The position numbers were made by a program, and so were the translations under genes. DNA of 64,000 nucleotides from Octopus sinensis (taxonomy: Eukaryota): contig NC_043003.1 in the NCBI RefSeq assembly GCF_006345805.1, positions 75,826,001-75,890,000 on the forward strand. The letters run 5' to 3'. Shown in pieces: positions 55,166 to 64,000 of this stretch; the stretch's first letter is position 1; the number at the start of each line of letters is the position of its first letter. The notes beneath the pieces were generated by a model. The model ran no database searches. It had not been told where the DNA came from and was given only the letters and a program-made list of their open reading frames with translations.

Positions 55166-55519
55166 ATTCAAGTTTGGCGTTAGTTTACAGAAGCTGACAC
55201 TTGCTTAACCACTACTTATGCAGTTTAAGATTGCTGAAAAATATCTTCTCCGGATTACTACTTGTTCCTATCTATGGCTCACTCATGCCCTTGAGACGTT
55301 TTATCGACCAAGAGGAGATGGAAGATTCAGTGAATGAGTTCTTCTCCTCGGAGGACAAGAAGTGGTACCAGTGTGAGATCAAAGAACTGGTAGAATGATG
55401 CGTTCAAACAGTGCAGCACGATCGCTTCTACTTTGAATGCTAGGCTGCTTTTGTTGTAACTTGAAGAATAAAGCAAATACATTGTCAAAATATGGCAAAA
55501 CGTTTGATTCAACATAATA
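55166..55519 (+). mobile_element. Second mariner C-terminal remnant, opposite orientation
   Basis: SPDYYLFLSMAH...RRFIDQEEMEDSVNEFFSSEDKKWYQCEIKELVE, ending ...CAACATAATA|TA (mariner-like TIR end). Confidence 0.85.
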
Positions 55520-55799
55520 TATTTCTTCACAACAACTAACAACGAGCAGCAGAGAAATCACACTATGACAGATTAACCATATTAAACATACAGGCGAGTC
55601 CAATACTACAATGCAGAAAGCAGAATCAGAGAAAATGTAGCAACAAAGTTTAGACCAATTATGTATGTAAGCCTATCTATCCAGCAAGAAATGTTCATGC
55701 TGTTCTGCGACGTAGTAACTATGACATGGCTTTGTAAGGAATTCTGTCCAGAGTAAATTGAATCATGTTATCTATTCATTATAAGCTGCAGCCTTGAAG

Positions 55800-56954
55800 A
55801 CAACGAACTTGATACTCTAAGTGTCAGACATTCAGCCAAATCAAAACCAAAATTATGGAAAGAAAATATACTACAGAAAAATGAAAACAAAAACGGCTAT
55901 CATTATTTATGGAAATGAAAAAGAAAAGGAAAAATCTGAAATGAAAACTGTAAATAATATCTACAACTATGAAAACAGTAAAAGAGCAAATAGAAAGAAT
56001 AAACAAATGCTATGAGCAAAATCGTGGAGAACGATAATGTATATCAAGGAAATACCTAAAGATTCAGTAGAGATAATAACTAAAGACAATATAACACTTA
56101 AGGATACACCAACATAACGGAAACTCATTCTAGAAGACTGTATAGGAGCATATGCAATACTATGAAAATGCATCATTTATAAGAAAGGAAAAGAGGAGAA
56201 TGTATATAATAAGATTGGATGTGTTGTCAATATAGATGGCAAGGTACTCAGGAAGACATTAAGAACTGCAAGCAAATGGAAATGTGCTGACAACATTCAA
56301 TGAATTCATAAGCAGATAAGAATCAATACCGGTATGGATGCTTGAGAGGAAATATTATTTACTCCCCGAAATATTTATTCATATGCTCTGAAACAACAGG
56401 ACTCTCGCTAAGCATCCACGAAGACCTTACATCAAGTGTCTACACTAAACAAGCTGAATCCACAGCTGGACAGCTGTAACACATTCAGAGAGGAGCAAGA
56501 AAGACACCAGAAAGGGTTACATGACTATAAATGCAGTTACTTGAAAAGTGCTTGACAGCGTAACACATTCTTGGAATTAGTAAATATTCTACATACATAA
56601 ACTTGACCCGATACGAAACACATGCAATAAACAGGCCACACCAAATGGAACCCATCAATACTATAGCCAGAAAAATAAAAGACAATTACAACCAACCTGA
56701 TACACAGACGCAAAATTTTCCGAGCAGAATATTTATCCCATATATTCTTTTGTCTAGACACGACGACATTAATAAATGTCTTGAACAGACAATGTGTACA
56801 GCCTGCAAGTAGACAATAAACAATCGCCATTATACGGAGACCTGAAATTATTTATGAGACAAAATAACCCCTGTTGGAATATGTGTGAACAAATTTCTCA
56901 AAATGCATTCGAAGCCAAAACTTGTTATGCAATTAGACAAATAACCTGCCGTTT
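55800..56954 (+). pseudogene. R4/Dong-type non-LTR retrotransposon RT remnant, part 1
   Basis: DSVTHSW...IHKLDP resembles FDSVPHSW. A degenerate YMDDLKLF-like segment lies at ~56830-56860. Confidence 0.65.
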
Positions 56955-57954
56955 TCTACATATATAAAACAAAGGATGTGTGTGTATGTGAGTGTGTCGT
57001 ACATGTGCATTTCTACAGTTTTCATGCGATTTTCACCAAACTTTACACACACATTACTAATGTGCCAAGGATGGTCATGCACTATAACATTTTGCCCAGA
57101 ACACCCACGTAAAGCGGGAAACCGGGGAAAATGGTGTTTTACACGGGGTTTTTCTCTGAAAGACTTCTGTAGTTTTCAACCGATTCTCTCCCTTTTCTCT
57201 CTGTTTATTTCTCTCTTCTCTCTCCTTTCTTCTTTCTCTATTTCTCTTGCTTACACATATTCACTCTCATCCTCCACAATAGTTTATCTCTTTTAGTCTA
57301 TGTCTGTTTCTTTCACACACACACTCTCTCTCTCCCTCAATGTCTCTTTCTCTCTCCCTCCCTTTAACTTAATGTCACGCACACTAACTTCTGTCTGCAC
57401 ATTGCGTTCCATGTATATCAATTAGTCGTGCGTAAAAATCTATGTTGTTACGGTTTTAAATGTTCTCTCTGAAAGATAATTTTGCTATTTTTCCCTTTTG
57501 TTCACCGAGTGTGTTTAAATTCAGTTTTGTCACATATACCTAAAAATTGACTTCACTGTATTTCAATATTGTCGTGCGTAAATATCGTTCTCTTTACAGT
57601 ATTTGTACGTTCTCCGTAGAACATTACTTAGTTAAATTTGTTTGCACTCCGTCTATTTAAATACACTATTTACATGTATCCTTCTATCGAAAAACGCTGT
57701 GCGTCCGGTCGTGCATTCGTACTTATGACGGTTAAGGGCCAAATACAGCCGATAAGCCTTTATTACTAACCAATGAGATTTCAACAACGTCACTGAGCGG
57801 CTATGCGTTAGAAAAAGCTACTCTAAAGCAGCACAAGTTTTTTTCTCACGATCTCTTCTCTTCTAGAGTTTTACACGCTCAAACGAGGTTCGTAAGCTAT
57901 CTACAAATTGGCTTCATTGCCAATTTAAAGTCCGTTATCGCAACTACATCTCGC

Positions 57955-58235
57955 CACTCTGTGAAATAAACGGATGACACGCAACTTCACTGGCTGACCT
58001 CATATGGGGACTGAAAGAATCAAACATTAAATACGAAATGAAATGGTCAATTATAAAAAATGCAGATCTATGTAATTCGCTACCCGACAGATGTGACTTT
58101 TGCCTTGAGGAATCATTGAGTATACTGCTGAGGAATGAGAGCCTGGTAAAAAAGAATGATGAGAAAATTCCAAGGTGTAACCACCTCACCAAATATGCAT
58201 TTTTAGGTTGCAAGAATGTATCAAAATTATAATAG
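57955..58235 (+). pseudogene. PLE endonuclease C-terminal fragment
   Basis: LADLIWGLKESNIKYEMKWSIIK...RCDFCLEESLSIL...KIPRCNHLTKY matches the PLE C-terminal C..C / C.H tail. Confidence 0.8.
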
Positions 58236-59125
58236 TTCTTTCTATTATATTTCACCTCACCCATCCTATCGCCTCACATCTATATATATGATGGAGTGAG
58301 TGTATATATATGACGGAGTACCCAGCGATATATTATGTGCATGAATATGGGTAGATAAATGTATGTGAGTCTATTTATATATACAAGAATAGATATGAAT
58401 GAGTGTGTATATTTGCGGGAATGCGTGTGAACATGCAAAAGTCTGTATGCGCATATATGTGTTGATGTATGTATATGTCTATATACTTTTATGGATACGT
58501 AAGTCTGTATACATTTTCACAGATACAAATTCTTTATTTCTTTTTCTACTCACCACTAACCTGTCTATTCTAGCAACTTGATTATATTCTTCATTCTTCA
58601 TTCCACCATAGTTTTATTATTACTAAAACTAATTTCCACTTACACATCTCCTTACCCTTCCTTTCTCTCTATACTTTCTATACCCATCGCTTAATGCAAA
58701 TCTGTAACAACACCCCTGCTAACATACCTCACACTCTTTCACTCTTTACTCTCTCATCCCTTCCTCTCTCTCCCCCACACATCTCCCTTCCTTCTATCAT
58801 TTTACCCTGACCACTAGCTAAAACTCCTCTTTCTCCAGTTGGTTATCATCTCCCTCCACCCCTTTTCTTATCTCTTCCTGTTTTTGATTTGACCTTACAA
58901 ACACATTCTCAATTTTTAAGTCATTCAAAAAAATCCTCGATCGAATGACACCGATTGCAAGACACTATGCTTGGTATGATCAAATATAAACATCATTGGA
59001 ACTCACACACAAAGTACAGGAAACTTATATATATACCATTCTGCTTAAATAATTGAACAGCAAATACAACGTCGTTACGTATCTCAATTCTATTTTCATT
59101 CATTCACTTCCCTCTGTATTTCACC

Positions 59126-59173
59126 GTCACTGATGAAGGGATACATAAAATATCCCGGAAACAGTTGTAAGAC
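59126..59173 (+). ncRNA. Type I hammerhead ribozyme in a probable PLE pLTR
   Basis: GUCA-CUGAUGA-A-GGGAUA-CAUAAAA-UAUCCC-G-GAAAC-AGUU-GUA-AGAC. Confidence 0.7.
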
Positions 59174-59242
59174 CTTTTTATAAATATTCTGAAAACTATT
59201 CACAGCCTTGGATTTTTTAACTCATTGTGTTAATTATTATAT

Positions 59243-59297
<55 letters not shown>

Positions 59298-59304
59298 ATA
59301 TATC

Positions 59305-59342
<38 letters not shown>

Positions 59343-59364
59343 ATTTATGTATATGCGTGTATAC

Positions 59365-59713
59365 TCTTTACTCTCTTTTACTGTTTTAATTGTTTCAGTC
59401 ATTTTGACTGCGGCCATGCTGGAGCACCGCCTTTAATCGAGCAACTCGAACCCGGGACTTATTCTTTTGTAAGCCCAGTACTTATTCTATCGGTTCTTTT
59501 GCCGAACCGCTAAGTGACGGGGACATAAACACACCAGCATCGGTTGTCAAGCAATGCTAGGGGGACAAACACAAACATACACGCACACACACATATATAT
59601 ATATACATATATACGACGGGCTTCTTTCAGTTTCCTTCTACCAAATCCACTCACAAGGCTTTGGTCGGCCCGAGGCAGTAGAAGACACTTGCCCAAGATG
59701 CCACGCAGTGGGA

Positions 59714-59716
<3 letters not shown>
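59365..59716 (-). mobile_element. SINE family A, 5'-truncated by (TA)n
   Basis: It matches 3535-3830. Confidence 0.85.
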
Positions 59717-59764
<48 letters not shown>

Positions 59765-59807
59765 TATATAAATATGTATATATATATGTATGTATATGTA
59801 CATATAT

Positions 59808-59840
<33 letters not shown>

Positions 59841-59877
59841 GTATATGTGTCTCTCTCTCTCTATATATATATATAGT

Positions 59878-60135
59878 ATAGCCTCAGGCTGACTAAAACT
59901 TGTGTGCAGATGGAAACTGACAGACGCCCGTCGTATATATGTATATATTTGTGTGTCTGTCTATTTCAGTTTGCACCCCCAGCATCACTTGATAGCTGAT
60001 GTCTGTGTTTTGACGTACTCGTAACTTAGTGATTCAGCAAAAGAGACTGATACAATAAGTACTAGGCTGACAAAGAATATGTCCTGGGTTCGATTTTTTC
60101 GGATAATGGTCATCCTATAATATGACTGAGACAGG
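59878..60135 (+). mobile_element. SINE family A, partial, opposite orientation
   Basis: ATAGCCTCAGGCTGACTAAA..CTTGTG...GGAAACTGA..GA.GCCCGTCGTATAT...AAGTACTAGGCT. Confidence 0.75.
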
Positions 60136-60207
60136 TAAAACAAGTAAAAGAAATTTTAAAAAAAAGTATGCCATTTTAATCCGAGCAACGCCGGGTGTCT
60201 CTGCTAG

Positions 60208-60300
60208 TTTAAAATAAAGGTTCAGTAACTTAAAATCACATACCTAGATTCACCAGCAGCTTGGATTAGAACCATGTATACGCACGCACACACATACACG

Positions 60301-60372
<72 letters not shown>

Positions 60373-60652
60373 TATAGGAGAAATATAAATGGAGCAAAAA
60401 TACTGGAGAATCAGTATGCATATTTTAAACCTATATATATATGCACGGACTTTTCTCAGAGAACAGGTCGCGGTCTCAAAGCGACGAAATATTTTGGCAA
60501 ATTAAATTTAAATGTTGAAGTGAATCTAACGCTGCAATTGTATATATATATATGAAACTAATGGAATACAAGACAGAAACTGAAAATACAGATTTTGATT
60601 GTTATTAATTTCTGAACAACATATATATGCACACCCCACCCCCGCACACAAA

Positions 60653-60688
<36 letters not shown>

Positions 60689-61340
60689 CACACGCACTCA
60701 CTCTCTTACACAAGCACATAAACACACGCATATATAAGTGTCATTGATAGTGATCGGTACAAGGAATATGATAGTAGTTATAACGAAGCTAGCATTCTCA
60801 GTCATATACAATACCTTCAGCGATATAAACGGGAAATTAAGTGAACTGATGTGTTTTGACAGAAGAACGAAATAAGCCTTGGCCTGAAGCAAACATCGGA
60901 ATTTTCCTGCAGCTTAAATATTCCTAACCTGCAAACATACAAGGTGGATTCATAAGCAGATAGAATTCTACAACAAAATACCAGAGTCGTAAAATTATTT
61001 GAAACAATGTATGTGAAACAAATGAATGTAAAAGTAAATACATAAAGAAATTTTTTTCTTTCCACCTTATGGAGAAACGATAAAGTATAGACTGAAAACT
61101 GACTAAAAAAAAAAACCCAAATCGAATTGTAACGTGGACAAAATATGAAGAAGGAATCTACTTCACCGTCAATATACTGTATGATCGGGCAGGAAAGAAG
61201 TAAGCTAGTTTGAAAGCGAGCTATATAGATCAAGTATATTGGGAAAAGACGTAAAATAAAAGTCTGGTTTAAGACGGTCAGTGTGAATGCCTAATGGCAA
61301 ACAACTAGGAAAAGGAGATAACGAAAGACGGTAGAGTGAA
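60208..61340 (+). pseudogene. R4/Dong-type RT remnant, part 2 (thumb region), interrupted by microsatellites
   Basis: NMIVVITKLAFSVIYNTFSDINGKLSELMCFDRRTK*AL resembles NKI.AINT+A+PV+.Y+F..I.W...EL..LDRKTRK.L. A later RKEV segment resembles RKEGGRG. Confidence 0.55.
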
Positions 61341-61561
61341 TTGCAAATTGTGTACCCAGTACAGTTAAACTGTTGACCGTAAGATCAACTGTTGCACAAC
61401 AGTTTTAATTTTATTTTGCTTTTATAATCAGGATTGAAGTGACAGCTATCTTTGCTTGTCAATATGTCGACATTTCTTAACGCTGTGAGTTCTCAGATTT
61501 CTATTGTCCTGTACCGTCCCCTATAATATATATGAACCCTCAGTGGGTAAGAAAGAAAAGA

Positions 61562-61562
61562 C

Positions 61563-61619
<57 letters not shown>

Positions 61620-62050
61620 CATTATTATTTTTTTTTTTTTTCTTATTTTTTATTATTATTAAAGATTCTCGGATAGTTCTTAATTACCGGTTATTCTTTA
61701 CTTGAAAGCAGGCAACAACAAATTACCAAAGGTTTTATGTAGTGCCTTCTCCTGTGACCCAAAGAGACAATACTCTTTAGAATTCGAGCTGCACCCAACA
61801 ATGCTGTCTTCCGGATCACCTCGAGCCTGACAGCAGCTCCAATATTTTAATTTTGTTTTTCAAAGCCCTTGGAAACTGCTTCTAATGCTCCAATTACTAC
61901 TGGTATCACAATTACTTTCCTCATGCCCCATAACATTGCTATGTCGTCCCGCAATGGTTCGTATTTCTCAATCTTTACTTCTTTTTCATCTTTATGGATG
62001 AATACGATGGCTGGTCGTCTCGCCTCTACAAATTGGTCGCCCTCTATTAG
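61562..62050 (-). mobile_element. R4/Dong-type element 3' end: restriction-like endonuclease fragment, 3' UTR and (TAA)n tail
   Basis: VEARRPAIV...IEKYEPLRDDIAMLWGMRKVIVIPVVIGALEAVSK...KTALLGAARIL. The plus-strand (ATT)n run at 61562-61630 reads as its tail. Confidence 0.85.
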
Positions 62051-62366
62051 AAGTACTCTATTAATCCACCACTACCTACAATGCAACAGTGATAACCACA
62101 CTGAGGAGACCAATACATACAGAGGCATGAAAAAGTTTAAAAAGTGGAAACCAGAACTGAAAGCAAACCATTCATCGCAAATGAACAACCCACTTATATA
62201 TAGAGGAATTGCTCTACCAGCATGTGAAACAATCGTCTTCATTTAATTTTCTAAAAAAAGTAGCAGCACTTCTGTATTACATACGGGATAATGTCGTATA
62301 ATACACACATTGGCATATACACACCTACGCATAAAAGATTATGCATTTATATACATAATGCATGTA

Positions 62367-62435
<69 letters not shown>

Positions 62436-62939
62436 GTAATATATGTATACATTATACATGCATATATACATATATAAACGTGTTAATGTGTTTGTGCTAG
62501 TGCGTGTGTGCGCGCAGGCGTGTGTAAAAGTTTGAAAAGTTCCAATATTTTTATGTTATTTCCTTTTCGAAGTCATTCTTAATTTTATTAATTTAAAATT
62601 CAATTGCTGTATTTGAATTTTCAGACTAATTGTGAAGCATTCATTGTTCGGCTTGTTTTATTATTTTTCCAATTCAGCATTTCTAAAGCAATGCTACAAA
62701 TTTTACCCACTTTTAAACAAAAAGACTGAAGAATGTTGTACTTATGCATAATTATATTATTCAGTGTGGTTCGAACAAATTGCAGCAACTTAACTCATTA
62801 TATGTTGACTACTCATGCTTTAAAATATCTGGAAACTACAGAAAATATTAATATTATTGTACATTTTTGTATTGACATAAGTAGATATGCATGTGTTTGT
62901 GTGGGTGCAGTGTGCACGCGTGTGTAGTACCTACAGAGA

Positions 62940-63026
<87 letters not shown>

Positions 63027-63448
63027 TGGATGTATGTATGATAGGAGTTATGTACATAGATAGCTAAAACGCTATATGGATAGAAAAAAAGTTGCTTCCA
63101 ATCATTTATCTGCCCGTCAATGCATGCATGTTTTCTCTTCTCCATTAAAGATCTATACTCGTCCAATTGTAAAAACATTTTAAGCCACCTTCTCGGTTAC
63201 AAAGATTTTAAAGAAAGCAAATCTCGTAAATGACTGTTTGTCCTCCTCTCCATGTTGTTTTTGTAATCTTACGCCATTATAATTTGTTGACCGTGCAACA
63301 TTTTAGTCGCTCCGATTGCGTTAGCAGTCAAGATTCTATCAATAAAGGGGATCGGTTCTTTCTCCCCAAATTCTACTCCACACTCGTTTCTACAAGGATA
63401 TTCAACTCGTCAATGAGAGAAGGAAATTTTCTTTATATTGGATATATT

Positions 63449-63950
63449 TTAACCCGTTGATGTCAAGTGAACAGCAATGTGTGAAAAGTAAGCAATTTAT
63501 TTCTTTTCTGGGATACCTGACAACACTATTGTAGTTTAATGTCAAGATTTGTTCCATTTTAAAAGCAATTTTTTATAGCTTCACATCAATCCACATGGAT
63601 AAATAATCAGTAGAGATCATTGTTTCACAACACTTACCAACAATGAGGATATCGTTTATAATTCTCTTTTTTTTTTCAGTTTTCTTCTGCGTCTTCTGAG
63701 AAATCTTTTCAGAGCTATTTATTCCTGTTTTGCGTGAAATATTTTCCAATTTGGGATTTCGAACTTGACAGTATTCTATGGCTAGCTTTTATGTAATTTA
63801 GTCCCATCGTGATCAGTACACTCGCATAACACTGTCAGCAAACCAATTTTTCTTTTCAATCTTTTGTTACATTTATTAAAAAACTTTCCCCAAAATCTGT
63901 TGTAAAATCTAATTCATCTTTACTTTCAGGCGTTTTTGATATTCCTTAGC
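63449..63950 (-). mobile_element. Possible piggyBac-like remnant
   Basis: TTAA|CCC terminus at 63449 and a minus-strand WFADSYASV..TMGLNY segment loosely resembling the second catalytic Asp motif. The match is weak. Confidence 0.25.
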
Positions 63951-64000
63951 TGCTCTAATGACACATGATTTTTGTACGATGGTTGCAGAGAATTTCTGGT

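Larger units (their letters stand above)
56955..60207 (+). mobile_element. Helitron/Helentron-like non-autonomous element carrying nested insertions
   Basis: The 5' end is TCTACATATATAAAAC. The 3' end is a CCGAGCAACGCCGG hairpin followed by CTAG. It is inserted between T and T. Confidence 0.6.

Overview
This is AT-rich, microsatellite-saturated eukaryotic DNA. The SINE and simple-repeat make-up looks like an Octopus/coleoid cephalopod genome; this is inference from recalled repeat families, not a search result. I could not support any intact host protein-coding gene, tRNA/rRNA gene or CRISPR array. Most supplied ORFs are artefacts of (TA)n, (CA)n, (TATG)n, (GATA)n and (GAA)n repeats. The window is a layered transposon graveyard. 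It holds several Penelope-like element (PLE) remnants with RT and GIY-YIG motifs, RTE and R4/Dong-type LINE remnants, a Gypsy RT remnant, Tc1/mariner/DD37D-like fragments, TIR and foldback elements, a Helitron-like element, and many tRNA-derived SINEs. The most interesting signal is a set of hammerhead-ribozyme (HHR) motifs read by eye. These are a near-perfect type I HHR at 27.3 kb with no neighbouring ORF, a 74-bp hairpin at 41.9-42.1 kb carrying two opposed HHRs (GUA versus GUG site), further HHRs at 59.1 and 36.3 kb, and an atypical half-core with compensatory helix-I changes in three dispersed copies. All folds were paired manually and none has been computed or tested.
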